Positions 27,457-37,420 of a stretch of DNA of 64,000 nucleotides are shown piece after piece; positions within the stretch are counted from its first letter, which is position 1; the number at the start of each line of letters is the position of its first letter. The notes under the pieces are model-generated. The model was not told where the DNA came from. It worked only from the letters and a program-made list of their open reading frames with translations, and did not search any database. The stretch comes from Actinomycetota bacterium. GTDB lineage: Bacteria; Actinomycetota; Acidimicrobiia; Spongiisociales; UBA4744. The position numbers and the translations under genes are program-made. Location: positions 1-64,000 of the forward strand of contig JAADGS010000028.1 in assembly GCA_013152275.1 (NCBI GenBank), written 5' to 3'.

Positions 27457-28356
27457 TCAGGCCTCGTCACCGTCGTCCGTGTCCGCCCGTCTGCGCCGCC
27501 GGACGATCCACATCACCAGCCAGACGACCAAGGCGATCGGCACGAGAATGACGATGAGGACGGGAAGGAAGAAGGCCACCAGCCAGATCGCCGCGGATGC
27601 GATCCATTGCAGCGCGACGATGAGCCCCCGAACGGCCTGACGGAGGATCGAACCGGCGCTCCATCCCTCCCTCGCCAGTGGCGCGACGGCCTCAGAGGGG
27701 GTCAGGGTCACATCGACGGTGGCCAATGCAACCTGGGAGTCGAAGAGCCGCTGTCTGCCCTCGAGTTGCTCGATCTCACCACGTACCTGGCGAATGCTCT
27801 CGAATACGGTGAGAAGATCGTCCGCCTTTGCTTCCGGCCGATCCCGAACTTCGGCGAGCAGCAGGCGTAGCTCCTCCTCGTACGCGCGCAGATTGCGCAG
27901 CTGCGCCTCGATGTCGGAGTATTGCTCAGAGATGTCCTGCGAGGACATGTCCAAGGATCGCACGTCGATGGCCCCCGCCTTCAGCGCATCCAGGAACTGT
28001 GCCAGCCGGTCGGCGGGAACACGCACCTGAAGTCGTGCGAACGTGGTCTCGTCCACACCGCCACCGTTGCGGTACAGACTCTCGTTCGAGACAAAGCCGC
28101 CGAACTGATCGGCCAGCCGCTCCACGGAGCGCGCCCCCTGTTCAGGATCCGCCACCTCGAGGTCGATAGAGACGTTCTTGATGATCTTGCGGTCGGTCAC
28201 GGCCTGGTCGGTCACGGCCTGGTCGGTCCCCGGCTCCGCAGCACCGGTTGCTGCAAACCCTCGCGCGGGTGCGGCCTTGTCCAGAACGGTGCTCTCACCC
28301 GACCCGCACCCCGCCAGCAGAAGCACCAGGCCTGCAATCGCAATTCCACGTTTCAT
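27457..28356 (-). CDS. DUF4349 domain lipoprotein
   Basis: Lipobox LAGC; RKII...VRVP...DISEQYSDIEAQL; coiled coil; C-terminal TM segment. Confidence 0.85.
   Translation of the reverse strand: MKRGIAIAGLVLLLAGCGSGESTVLDKAAPARGFAATGAAEPGTDQAVTDQAVTDRKIIKNVSIDLEVADPEQGARSVERLADQFGGFVSNESLYRNGGGVDETTFARLQVRVPADRLAQFLDALKAGAIDVRSLDMSSQDISEQYSDIEAQLRNLRAYEEELRLLLAEVRDRPEAKADDLLTVFESIRQVRGEIEQLEGRQRLFDSQVALATVDVTLTPSEAVAPLAREGWSAGSILRQAVRGLIVALQWIASAAIWLVAFFLPVLIVILVPIALVVWLVMWIVRRRRRADTDDGDEA
28191..28228. repeat. 15-bp in-frame tandem repeat (TDQAV x2.5)
   Basis: GGTCGGTCACGGCCT twice plus a partial copy. Confidence 0.8.
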
Positions 28357-28403
28357 GTCCCACTCCTCGTCGTCATCCGGGAACCGCCCGGTGTCAAGGG
28401 TAA

Positions 28404-28430
28404 GACGTCACATGCGGAAGGCAAGGTTCC
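28404..28430 (-). promoter_or_regulatory. ECF sigma-type promoter GGAACC-N17-CGTC
   Basis: On the minus strand upstream of the DUF4349 gene. Confidence 0.65.
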
Positions 28431-28475
28431 TCGAACGCCGGCACATACCGGAACCTGAAGTACGCTGAAGGTCGT

Positions 28476-29333
28476 ATGGCATTGTATGAACCCATCGACG
28501 ACATCCCCGACCTGGTCGCTCCCGCGCTCATCGCCGCCTTCGACGGTTGGGTGAACGCAGGCTCGGTCGGCACCCGGGCGGCGGCGTCCCTCACACGCGA
28601 CGGCAGGCAAGTCGTGACCTTCGACGGCGACGCACTGTTCGACTACCGGGCATCGCGTCCCGATGTCGAGTTCGTCGAAGGAGTGATGCAGGTTGTTCGC
28701 TGGCCCGAGATCACACTCACGCACGTCCGACATGAACGCGACCTGCTCGTGCTGACGGGCAACGAGCCGGACTTTCGGTGGAAAGCGTTGAGCGTATCGA
28801 TTGCCGAGATCGCAGAATCATTCGGCGTTGTCGAAATGGTTTCTCTCGGAGGCGTGCCGGCGGCGGTCCCCCACACCCGACCCGTGCGAATCCTCACGAC
28901 GGCCTCTCGAAAGAATCTCATCCCCGATGACGAGCAACTGCCCCAAGGCGTCCTCAAGGTCCCTGGCGCCGCCGTCAACATCGTGGAGCAGGCCATCACC
29001 GGCAGAGGTATTCCGGCAGTCGGGTTCTGGGCGCAGATTCCGCACTACGTGGCGGGACCGTACCATGCCGGAGCAATCGCTCTCATCGAGCGTGCCGCCC
29101 GCCACCTCGGCATCGACCTGCCGTTGGGCGGTCTCGTCGACGAAGCGGCGGAACAGCGCAGGGAACTCGACGCAACCGTTGCCGACAAGCCGGAGGCGGT
29201 TGCCTACCTGCAGCGCCTCGAAGAGTTGGTGGCACGGCAGCAGACGATTCCGAGTGGCGAGGAGATCGCTTCGGAAGTGGAACGGTTCCTGCGAGAGAAT
29301 ACGGAGAACCCTTTCGGAGATCAGGAGGGCTAG
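28476..29333 (+). CDS. PAC2 family protein
   Basis: AFDGWVNAG, DYRASRP, EPDFRW, VPHTRP and WAQIPHY motifs. Confidence 0.9.
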   Translation: MALYEPIDDIPDLVAPALIAAFDGWVNAGSVGTRAAASLTRDGRQVVTFDGDALFDYRASRPDVEFVEGVMQVVRWPEITLTHVRHERDLLVLTGNEPDFRWKALSVSIAEIAESFGVVEMVSLGGVPAAVPHTRPVRILTTASRKNLIPDDEQLPQGVLKVPGAAVNIVEQAITGRGIPAVGFWAQIPHYVAGPYHAGAIALIERAARHLGIDLPLGGLVDEAAEQRRELDATVADKPEAVAYLQRLEELVARQQTIPSGEEIASEVERFLRENTENPFGDQEG

Positions 29334-29381
29334 GAGCCTCCCGGGCCGGCTCCGAACGGGGCGATCTGCCAGAATTGAGAT

Positions 29382-29912
29382 ATGGCGGTGTTGGCAGACA
29401 TGCTGACCGGATTGCGAGCACTCATCGCCTTGCTCCTGGTGGCGATGGTTGGCCAAGGTCGGCTCGAGACCGCCGCCGCACTTCTCGCAACGGCCTGGCT
29501 GACCGACTACTTCGACGGCAAGAGCGCCCGTGCCGCCTCGCGGCCGACACATCTCGGTCGATGGGATCTTCAAGCCGACACGTTCGTCGGTGCCGGCCTG
29601 ATGGTCGGGCTGGCTCTCGGAGGGTATGTGAGCTGGGCCGTCGGGTTGCTCGTCGTCGTGGTGTTCGGTGGGGGCTGGATCGCACTGGGGAACGATTCGC
29701 TCTCGTCTGTGCTTCAGGCAATCTCCTATGGCCTGTTCATGTGGCTGGCATACTCACGATCGGTCGGCGGTTGGTGGCTTCCGCCGGTCGTCATCCTGAT
29801 CATCGCCATCCTGAACTGGGAGCGGTTCATCCACGATTCGATTCCTGGCTTCCTCGAGGGCATCGCCGAGCTGCTCTCTGCCACCCGGCGCCTCGTCAAA
29901 CGCACCTCCTGA
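29382..29912 (+). CDS. CDP-alcohol phosphatidyltransferase family protein
   Basis: DYFDGKSAR...LGRWDLQAD motif. Confidence 0.85.
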   Translation: MAVLADMLTGLRALIALLLVAMVGQGRLETAAALLATAWLTDYFDGKSARAASRPTHLGRWDLQADTFVGAGLMVGLALGGYVSWAVGLLVVVVFGGGWIALGNDSLSSVLQAISYGLFMWLAYSRSVGGWWLPPVVILIIAILNWERFIHDSIPGFLEGIAELLSATRRLVKRTS

Positions 29913-29964
29913 GCAGGCCCGAACGTGGGAACGATCGGTTCGAGTCGGCACCCACGGCCGCGCG

Positions 29965-30669
29965 TCACACCATCCGGGTGGTTTGGGGTCGCGACGAGTA
30001 CAGGTAGCCGATGAACATCAGGATCGCGCCCAGGAACTCACCGACATACAAGGCCACCGGTATGCCGAAGCGCTGTGCCGAACCACCGAATGCCGGCATC
30101 ATGGCCCCGATCGCGATGAGGATGTTCCCGATCATCAGGTTCACCGCAGCTCTCGTTCTCCAGAAGTGGTACGCCGAGTAGATCGCTCCCCCGACAAGCA
30201 TGACCACACCGTAGAGATTGAAGAACGGTGTCAGTATCCGAACGCCGGAGCTGACGATGGCGGGTCCGCTCAGTTCCCCTTCGAGCATCTTGCTCGGGTC
30301 GAGTTGCGCCCCGGCGACCTTGACCAGCGCGTACAACGAGCCGAGCGCCAGGATCACCATGAGAATGTTGGCCAGTTTCACTCTCCCAAAGCGCCGATGC
30401 ACCAGCAGGTAGACGGTGCCCTGGCCGAGCCATGCGGCGACGAGGATCGCGCCAAAGAGGTACCAGAGTCGAAACACGAGCGGACTCCAGCCGGCGAAGC
30501 CATAGATCGCCTCCATCGCTCCACCGATGCCGTACATGACGAATCCGGTACCCCACAGCAACATGTAGGGATGCCTTCGATCGAGCCACCTGCGAAGCAC
30601 CATCCAGGCGAAAACGAACGAGATGGCCGATGATGCAGCCGGCAGATACGCGCTCAACAGTTCCTGCAT
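29965..30669 (-). CDS. Multi-pass membrane protein of unknown function
   Basis: About 7 hydrophobic segments; RBS GGAG. Confidence 0.75.
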   Translation of the reverse strand: MQELLSAYLPAASSAISFVFAWMVLRRWLDRRHPYMLLWGTGFVMYGIGGAMEAIYGFAGWSPLVFRLWYLFGAILVAAWLGQGTVYLLVHRRFGRVKLANILMVILALGSLYALVKVAGAQLDPSKMLEGELSGPAIVSSGVRILTPFFNLYGVVMLVGGAIYSAYHFWRTRAAVNLMIGNILIAIGAMMPAFGGSAQRFGIPVALYVGEFLGAILMFIGYLYSSRPQTTRMV

Positions 30670-30680
30670 GACGGGGACTC

Positions 30681-30791
30681 CTACGACGTGAGAATCAGGT
30701 ACAGCGTGATCCCGACAAGGGAGGCCGCCGCGAACGTAAGGACGATGAGGATGATCGGAACGACGCGACTCTGTGGCTCTTGTGGATCCAT
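30681..30791 (-). CDS. 36-aa single-TM small protein (absent from the ORF track)
   Basis: MDPQEPQSRVVPIILIVLTFAAASLVGITLYLILTS*; RBS AGAGGTG; upstream TTTACG-N17-TAGCGT. Confidence 0.7.
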   Translation of the reverse strand: MDPQEPQSRVVPIILIVLTFAAASLVGITLYLILTS

Positions 30792-30858
30792 CACACCTCT
30801 TCTGACCTGGACACGCTACGGGCAGGAAACGCCGACGTAAAGTCGGATCCGAGGTTCC

Positions 30859-31455
30859 TCAAATCTGGTCGAGGAGCTTGCTCCGCTTCTCGGCGAATTC
30901 CTCGTCGCTGAGGACTCCGTCCTTGTGCAGCCTGGCCAGCCCCTCGAGCTGCTCGACAGGTCCGGTCCCACCCTGAAGTGCGAGCATCCGGTCCTCCCGC
31001 AACCGGTAGATCTCGGACTGGATCCCTTCCGGGTCCGGAATGTCGCTGAAATGACTCTGGCCTTGCTCTCCCGCCGATTCGATGATCAGGTCCCCCGATC
31101 GCAACAGCCGTTCCCAGAACGTCTGGGTGAAGGTCGCGTCGTTCATCACCTCGAGTGGTATCTCCTTGCCGTGCCGGGAAAACATGCCTCGGCGGACGAT
31201 GAGTCGTTCATTCGTGATGATGTAGTGGGTGAAGAACCACTGGGTGAACCGCGGCGCGAACAGCACGAGCCAGATCGCAACCACGACGGCGAGACCGACC
31301 CACATCCACGCGCCCTCGGCACGTACGGCGATGACGATGACGCCGACGAGGGCGATCACCGACACGAAGACCGGCCAGATGAGCTGTTTCCAATGGGGAC
31401 GGAACGCAAGATCGACACGCTCGCCGCTGCTGAGAAGACGTTCGGGATACTTCAT
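30859..31455 (-). CDS. Bacterial PH (bPH_2) membrane protein with C-terminal SHOCT domain
   Basis: RPHW, YIITNERLIVRRG, GDLIIESAG; SHOCT-like LEGLARLHKDGVLSDEEF. Confidence 0.85.
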   Translation of the reverse strand: MKYPERLLSSGERVDLAFRPHWKQLIWPVFVSVIALVGVIVIAVRAEGAWMWVGLAVVVAIWLVLFAPRFTQWFFTHYIITNERLIVRRGMFSRHGKEIPLEVMNDATFTQTFWERLLRSGDLIIESAGEQGQSHFSDIPDPEGIQSEIYRLREDRMLALQGGTGPVEQLEGLARLHKDGVLSDEEFAEKRSKLLDQI

Positions 31456-31507
31456 GCATGTCAGCCTATCGGAATGCCACCGACGGTGTTCCTCCTAGGA
31501 TGCCGGC

Positions 31508-31999
31508 ATGAAGCCCGCCACACCGGATCGTCTCTTTCACTTCCTCGACGGCCTCGGCATCGCGACCGAAACCGTCCATCACGCGGCGGTGTTCACCGTC
31601 GAGGAGGCCCGCTCCGAACGCGGTGAGCTGCCGGGAGGTCATTCGAAGAGCCTGTTCCTGCGCAACAAGAAAGGCAAGATGTGGCTCGTCGTCGCCAAGG
31701 AGGACCGTCCGATCGACCTGAAGGATCTCGCCGGACGGCTGGACGCAGGACGTTTCTCGTTCGGAAGTCCCGACCGACTCATGCGAACCCTCGGGGTCAT
31801 ACCGGGTGCAGTCACGCCGTTTGCGGTCCTCAACGATGCCGAGGGCGCCGTGCAGGTGGTCCTCGACCGTGGCCTCATGGCGCTGGATCCGCTCAACTTC
31901 CACCCGTTGGACAACACGATGACCACGAGCATCGCCTCCGCGGACCTCCTGAAGTTCCTCGAGGCGACCGGACACCAGCCGCTGATCGTCGACCTTTGA
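31508..31999 (+). CDS. ProX/PrdX (YbaK superfamily) aminoacyl-tRNA editing protein
   Basis: VFTVEE, KSLFLRNKKG, LGVIPGAVTPF and NFHPLDN motifs. Confidence 0.88.
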   Translation: MKPATPDRLFHFLDGLGIATETVHHAAVFTVEEARSERGELPGGHSKSLFLRNKKGKMWLVVAKEDRPIDLKDLAGRLDAGRFSFGSPDRLMRTLGVIPGAVTPFAVLNDAEGAVQVVLDRGLMALDPLNFHPLDNTMTTSIASADLLKFLEATGHQPLIVDL

Positions 32000-32605
32000 T
32001 CAGAAGTCGCGTACGTACCGGCCGGCCTCCGGGCGAAACCCCATACGTTGGAGATACCGGTTGTGGGACACACTGCCTCCGTCGCTCACCAGCGTCGTGT
32101 ATCCACGGTCTCGAAAGAGATCGGGATTCCGATCGAAGAGGAATCGTCCCGCTTTCAGATCCCGGTGCGCCGGCGTCACGTAGTCGAGCAGGACCCGCAT
32201 GACACCCGGAGAGTCGGGTTCTCCGATGAAGATGCCGGCGGGAACCATGTCTCGCAGAATCAGCACGGCGAACTGGTCGGAGCTCGGCGCAAGCCGATAG
32301 GACGGCTGGAATCGTGCAATGTCCTCCTCGTAGAAGCGGACCAGACCGGCGACGTACAGCGAGTCCGGTCGGACCTCCAAGATCGTGAAGTACTCCTCGT
32401 CGGTGAAGACCTTCCAGAGGAAGTAGACGTTGATGACGATGATGGCCGCATTCACCAGGACGATGGGGACGGCGCCGATCAGAGCGGCGTAGATGCCGAA
32501 CAGCACCGCGCCGATCAGGCTGATGACACGAAGTCGCACGACGGACGTCATCGCCAATGAAAGCACGACGAGGCCCGAAGCCACATAGCCGAGAATCTCT
32601 ACCAT
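32000..32605 (-). CDS. YgjV-like membrane protein with soluble C-terminal domain
   Basis: GYVASGLVVLSLAMTSVVRLRVISLIG; LDYVTPAHRD motif. Confidence 0.7.
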   Translation of the reverse strand: MVEILGYVASGLVVLSLAMTSVVRLRVISLIGAVLFGIYAALIGAVPIVLVNAAIIVINVYFLWKVFTDEEYFTILEVRPDSLYVAGLVRFYEEDIARFQPSYRLAPSSDQFAVLILRDMVPAGIFIGEPDSPGVMRVLLDYVTPAHRDLKAGRFLFDRNPDLFRDRGYTTLVSDGGSVSHNRYLQRMGFRPEAGRYVRDF

Positions 32606-32647
32606 CGGCCGCAGCGTACCGCTTCGAACCCCCGGGCCCGACCGAAT

Positions 32648-33727
32648 CTACAACACGACGGGATGTCGTATCGGTCCCCAGGATCCCGGCCGGTCCTCGA
32701 ACACTCCGGAGACCACCGTGCCACAGGATCCACAGCACCCTCGATCGATGTTCCACGCCGTGATCGAGTAGCCGGATCGGCCGATCAGCTTCGCGCCGCA
32801 CGTGGGGCACCACGTGCTCTGGGTCACCTCATCGGGGATGTTTCCCGTGTAGACGTACCACAGCCCGTTCCCCATGGCGATCTCTCTGGCACGTTCGAGC
32901 GTCGAGAACCGGGTTTGCGGCACATCCAGCATCTTGAACGCCGGATGGAACGCGGTGAAATGATGGGGAACGTCCGGACCGAGCGTGTCGGCGATCCAGC
33001 GTGTCATCTCGTCGATCTCCTCTTCGGAGTCGTTCAGGCCCGGTATCAACAACGTGGTGATCTCCAACCACACGTCGGTCTCGTGACGAATGTACGCCAG
33101 CGTGTCCAGAACCGGCTGCAGTCTGCCTGCGCAGTACCGGTGGTAGAACTCATCCGTGAATGCCTTCAGGTCCACGTTGGCGGCGTCCATCGCCTCGAAG
33201 AACTCTGCACGCGCCTGCGGATTGACGTACCCGGCGGTCACGGCGACCGCTTTGAGACCTGCACGATGGGCCGCGTCTGCCGTGTCGACCGCGTACTCAT
33301 GAAAGATGACCGGATCGTTGTACGTGAAGGCGACGCCGGCACAATCGAGGCGTTTCGCAGTGTCGGCGATCCCTTGCGGCGACAAGCGCTGCGCCAAGAT
33401 GTCATCGCCGCGCGCCTTGGAGATATCCCAGTTCTGACAGTACCGGCATGCCAGGTTGCAGCCGGCCGTCCCAAACGACAGCACCGAGGTCCCTGGCAGA
33501 AAATGATTCAGGGGCTTCTTCTCGATCGGATCCACCCAGAAACCGGTCGATCGCCCGTAGGACGTGAGCACGATCTCGTCCTCGCGTCTCGCACGCGTGA
33601 AACACAGGCCGCGCTGCCCCTCCCGCAGCTTGCACTCCCGAGGGCACAGATCACACTGAATCCGGCCGTCGTCGAGCGCGTGCCAGAACTTCGTCGGGAC
33701 GATCGACCATGCGGGCTCGGGATCCAT
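32648..33727 (-). CDS. amrS: AmmeMemoRadiSam-type radical SAM enzyme
   Basis: CDLCPREC, DPIEKKPL, CNLACRYCQNW, YTGN and CPTC motifs. Confidence 0.9.
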   Translation of the reverse strand: MDPEPAWSIVPTKFWHALDDGRIQCDLCPRECKLREGQRGLCFTRARREDEIVLTSYGRSTGFWVDPIEKKPLNHFLPGTSVLSFGTAGCNLACRYCQNWDISKARGDDILAQRLSPQGIADTAKRLDCAGVAFTYNDPVIFHEYAVDTADAAHRAGLKAVAVTAGYVNPQARAEFFEAMDAANVDLKAFTDEFYHRYCAGRLQPVLDTLAYIRHETDVWLEITTLLIPGLNDSEEEIDEMTRWIADTLGPDVPHHFTAFHPAFKMLDVPQTRFSTLERAREIAMGNGLWYVYTGNIPDEVTQSTWCPTCGAKLIGRSGYSITAWNIDRGCCGSCGTVVSGVFEDRPGSWGPIRHPVVL

Positions 33728-33756
33728 ACCCCAAGACTACGCCCGATCCGGTGCCG

Positions 33757-34719
33757 TCAGGGAATCAGCAGCACTTTTCCCGTCGTCCGTCGACCCTCCA
33801 GCGCGAGGTGCGCCGCCGCCGCATCGGACATCGCAAACCGTTGGCCGATGGCGACGTTCAGCCATCCGTCCAGAATCCCGCGAAAGACCTCGCCCGCCCT
33901 GTGCTCCAGCTCGTCGGGCGATGCAATGTGGTGGAACAAGCTCGGCCGTGTCACGTACAGGGACCCGTTGCGGCTCAGCTCCTGCAGATCGAACGGTTCG
34001 ACCGGACCCGAAGACTGCCCGAAGAGAACGACCATGCCCCGAATACGCATCAGGGCGAGGCCGTCGAGGAACGTGGTCCTGCCGACACCGTCGTAGATGA
34101 CGTGGAGCGGCCTCCGGCCGGCCGTCTCCTCGACGACCTGGACGAACTCCGAGTAGTCGCAGGCGACCTCGGCGCCGAGGGACTCGGCGATTCGACGCTT
34201 TTCCGAGGTTCCGGCCGTGGCGAACACTCGTGCCCCTGCCTGCACGGCCATCTGGATGAGCAGCCTCCCCACGCCGCCCGCCCCGGCGTGAACGAGACAC
34301 AGCTCTCCTTGCCGAAGAGGGTACGTGTCATGAACGAGGTAGTGCGCCGTCATCCCCTGGAGCATGGTCGCCGCGGCGATCTCGAGGTCGACGCCCTCGG
34401 GCACGGCGACGGCCTGATCGGCTGCAACGAGCGTCTGCTCAGCATAGGACCCCCGAGCCGAAGTCCAGGCAACACGATCACCGACCTTCCAGCGCCGGAC
34501 GCCGCCGCCGACGGCATCGACCACACCGGCTCCCTCGAGGCCGAGAACCAGCGGCAGATCCACCGGATAGAGGCCGCGCCGGTGATAGGTGTCGATGTAA
34601 TTCACGCCCGCAGCAGCAACCTGAACTCGGATCTGGCCCTCACCGGGGTGAAGGTCGGGAACCTCGTCCCAGGACAAGACTTCGGGACCTCCGTGGGTCG
34701 CAAGACGAATGGCATGCAT
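33757..34719 (-). CDS. qor: NADPH:quinone oxidoreductase (zeta-crystallin family)
   Basis: GVNYID, LQGMTAHYL, HAGAGGVG, FGQSSG and TTGKVLL motifs. Confidence 0.9.
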   Translation of the reverse strand: MHAIRLATHGGPEVLSWDEVPDLHPGEGQIRVQVAAAGVNYIDTYHRRGLYPVDLPLVLGLEGAGVVDAVGGGVRRWKVGDRVAWTSARGSYAEQTLVAADQAVAVPEGVDLEIAAATMLQGMTAHYLVHDTYPLRQGELCLVHAGAGGVGRLLIQMAVQAGARVFATAGTSEKRRIAESLGAEVACDYSEFVQVVEETAGRRPLHVIYDGVGRTTFLDGLALMRIRGMVVLFGQSSGPVEPFDLQELSRNGSLYVTRPSLFHHIASPDELEHRAGEVFRGILDGWLNVAIGQRFAMSDAAAAHLALEGRRTTGKVLLIP

Positions 34720-34785
34720 GGGCTTCCTCCTCTTCGCCGGCATCACCGTAGCCAGGGGCCGCAGTGCCCCGAGCAACTCGGCCGA

Positions 34786-35262
34786 TCACGATCGGACGGC
34801 GTGAGATTCCGACTCGGCGTTGGCGATCACGAGTCCCCCACCGACCGTCAGCGCATCGATGTGCAGGATCGGCGCGCCATCGGGCAGTGTCTCCGGATCC
34901 GGGATCTCGATCTGGGCCGCACCGCCGATCACACGATGGTCGACTTCGACCCGCCAACTCCTGCAGACCAGGACACGTGCTCCGCCGGCGAGAACCCGCA
35001 GGTCGAGCCTTGCCCCTTCCGGATCGAGAAGGGCCTGACGAAGGTCGATATCGACACCTCCCATGGCGACGATCACCCGTCCGGAACGGAGGCGCGTGGA
35101 GACACTCTCGTAGCTACGGCCATCCATGAGTGCCACGAGTTTGAAGTCGTCTGCATCCTCGTCGGCGTTCTCGCCGATGATTCTCGTGAGTGCGAGCGCC
35201 GTCGCTTTCATGACGACTTCCGCTGCGATCATCCAAAGAAGGATCTTGAACAGCTTCTTCAT
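34786..35262 (-). CDS. LiaF/DUF2154-like hypothetical protein
   Basis: MGGVDIDLRQA and repeated GG-containing beta-strand pattern. Confidence 0.6.
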   Translation of the reverse strand: MKKLFKILLWMIAAEVVMKATALALTRIIGENADEDADDFKLVALMDGRSYESVSTRLRSGRVIVAMGGVDIDLRQALLDPEGARLDLRVLAGGARVLVCRSWRVEVDHRVIGGAAQIEIPDPETLPDGAPILHIDALTVGGGLVIANAESESHAVRS

Positions 35263-35312
35263 CGGTACCTCCGTCTACAAGCCTAGAGGTGTGTGCATCG
35301 AAGGGCCGACGC

Positions 35313-35921
35313 TCACGAGGCGAAGAAGAACGCCTTCACGCCGTCGAAGAGATACTGGGCCCCGATCGCCACGAGGATCAGGCCCATGAATCGGATGATG
35401 AGGACACCGCCACGGCCGCGAATGAATCGTCCCGCCGACGCCGAGAGAGCGAGTACCAGAAACAGAATCAACGCGATGATCGCGACGGCGACCAGCACCA
35501 CGAGATCACCTTCCAGGCTTCCCGATTTGGCCGTCAACGTGATGACCGTGGTGATCGCCCCGGGACCGGCCACCATCGGCATCGCAAAGGGCACCAGGAT
35601 CGAGTCCTCCTCGCTGATGGGACGATCCGAATGCTGCACGCGTGTCGGACTCCCCTGCAACATCTCCAGGCCCATGAGCACGATGACGACACCGCCCGCC
35701 GCCTGGAACGCCGGCATCGAGATCCCGAACGCCTCGAGTATCCACCTGCCCCCGATCGCCGAAAGGGCCAGGATCGCGAACACCACGGCGGAAGCGAGGC
35801 CCGCGTATCGCCGGCGCGTCTGACGATCGGAATCCTCGGTGATACTCAGGAATATCGGCAGAGCACCCACCGGATTGGTGATCGCGAGCAACGCGGCAAT
35901 TGCCTGGGCAAGTTCGCTCAT
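35313..35921 (-). CDS. MarC family membrane protein
   Basis: ITNPVG, VPFAMPMVAGPGAI and RFMGLIL motifs. Confidence 0.92.
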   Translation of the reverse strand: MSELAQAIAALLAITNPVGALPIFLSITEDSDRQTRRRYAGLASAVVFAILALSAIGGRWILEAFGISMPAFQAAGGVVIVLMGLEMLQGSPTRVQHSDRPISEEDSILVPFAMPMVAGPGAITTVITLTAKSGSLEGDLVVLVAVAIIALILFLVLALSASAGRFIRGRGGVLIIRFMGLILVAIGAQYLFDGVKAFFFAS

Positions 35922-35967
35922 CGCCGAGAGTCTACCGACGAAGCCACGAGTCTCGCATCACCGGCGC

Positions 35968-36402
35968 TCAGAGGTCTCTGCCACGTCGGCGCAACTCGGA
36001 CACCAACGCCTCGTCCTCGTACCGCATCAGGTCGGGCGACCACTGGAGGAGCGCGACCGGCTTTCCTTCGGCCTCTTCGAGCAACCCGATGACGACATCT
36101 CGCAGCGTCCGAGCCCAAGCCCGTCCTTTCGCATCGGCCTGTTGCGACAACGTTCCGTCGGCGTTGACCGTGAACACCCCCACCTCCACTCGCGGGTTTG
36201 CCCTGGACCCACGCTCTCCGTACACGAGGATCACGGAACCCACAGGGACGTCTTGTACTCCCCCCGTTGCGATGAACTCGCCTTCAAACGCCCAGCCGGA
36301 ACTCTTGGCCTCGTCCACCCTCTCGACCACCTTCGCCCAGTTCTTGTGACGCTCGTCACCGAAGAGCGGAACGGAGATCGCGACGAGGGGCCGGTCGTTC
36401 AT
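35968..36402 (-). CDS. Hypothetical protein
   Basis: Protein-like frame (KNWAKVVERVD...AFEGEFI); TACAGT just upstream of the ATG. Confidence 0.65.
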   Translation of the reverse strand: MNDRPLVAISVPLFGDERHKNWAKVVERVDEAKSSGWAFEGEFIATGGVQDVPVGSVILVYGERGSRANPRVEVGVFTVNADGTLSQQADAKGRAWARTLRDVVIGLLEEAEGKPVALLQWSPDLMRYEDEALVSELRRRGRDL

Positions 36403-36433
36403 AGGTCCACTGTACCGAGGTAATGTCGGTGCC

Positions 36434-37414
36434 ATGAAGAACGTGCGATGGGGCATCATGGGAACAGGCCGGATCGCGTCCGCACTCGTCGAGGCCGTGC
36501 GCCAGGTGCCGGGCGGAGAGATCGTTGCCATCGGTTCCTCGTCGAGAGAGCGAGCGGAAGCCTTTGCCGATCTCCACGACATCCCCGGCCGGTACGCCAC
36601 ACACGAGGACGTCGCCAACGACCCGGATGTGGATGTCGTCTACGTCGCCACGACCAACGACCTGCATCACGCCAACACGCTTGCGGCCCTCGAACACGCA
36701 AAACCGGTCCTTTGTGAGAAGCCCTTCGCTCTCAACCTTCGGCAGGCCGAGGAAATGGTCGCCGCCGCTCGAAATCGAGATGTGTTTCTGATGGAGGCGA
36801 TGTGGATGCGCTTTCAGCCGGCGATCAGTCGCCTCGAGGCCATCATACGTTCAGGACGCCTCGGCAAGGTCCGCTCGGTCCAGGCCAACTTCGGATTCCT
36901 CGCAGGACCCCACCCCAGCGGCCGTCTGTTCGACCCCTCACTCGGCGGCGGAACGGTCATGGACCTCGGCGTCTACGTGGTGACCTTCGCCACGATGCTC
37001 CTCGGCACCCCCGATCGCATCGCCGTGACAGCCGAAATGTCCGATGCAGGGATCGACGAGCAGGCCGGAATCGTCCTCCACCATCGCAACGGAGGCGTGT
37101 CCACGCTGAGCACGTCATTCGTGGCAGATTCGAATATGGAAGCATTCGTCTCCGGATCCGACGGATACGTCCGAGTCCATCCTCCGTTCCACCACTCCCC
37201 CATGCTCTCGATCGAGCGACGGGGAAGCGTCGTCGAGACGATCGATACGAGCTACGAGGGATCGGCGTACCGGTTCGAAGTCGAAGAGGTACACCGGTGC
37301 CTTCTGGAAGGGGCGACGGAGAGCCCCCGCATGGGCCTCGACGACACGCTGGTGGTGATGCGCACCCTCGATCGGATCCGAGAGCAGATCGGGCTGACGT
37401 TTCCGGGGGAGTAG
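36434..37414 (+). CDS. Gfo/Idh/MocA family oxidoreductase
   Basis: WGIMGTGRIA, CEKPF, MEAMW and GGGTVMDLGVY motifs. Confidence 0.92.
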   Translation: MKNVRWGIMGTGRIASALVEAVRQVPGGEIVAIGSSSRERAEAFADLHDIPGRYATHEDVANDPDVDVVYVATTNDLHHANTLAALEHAKPVLCEKPFALNLRQAEEMVAAARNRDVFLMEAMWMRFQPAISRLEAIIRSGRLGKVRSVQANFGFLAGPHPSGRLFDPSLGGGTVMDLGVYVVTFATMLLGTPDRIAVTAEMSDAGIDEQAGIVLHHRNGGVSTLSTSFVADSNMEAFVSGSDGYVRVHPPFHHSPMLSIERRGSVVETIDTSYEGSAYRFEVEEVHRCLLEGATESPRMGLDDTLVVMRTLDRIREQIGLTFPGE

Positions 37415-37420
37415 GACCGT

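Noticed and set aside
28450..28476. Fourth ECF promoter (GGAACC-N17-CGTA)
   Set aside because: The -10 element overlaps the PAC2 start codon, so it could not transcribe the full gene.
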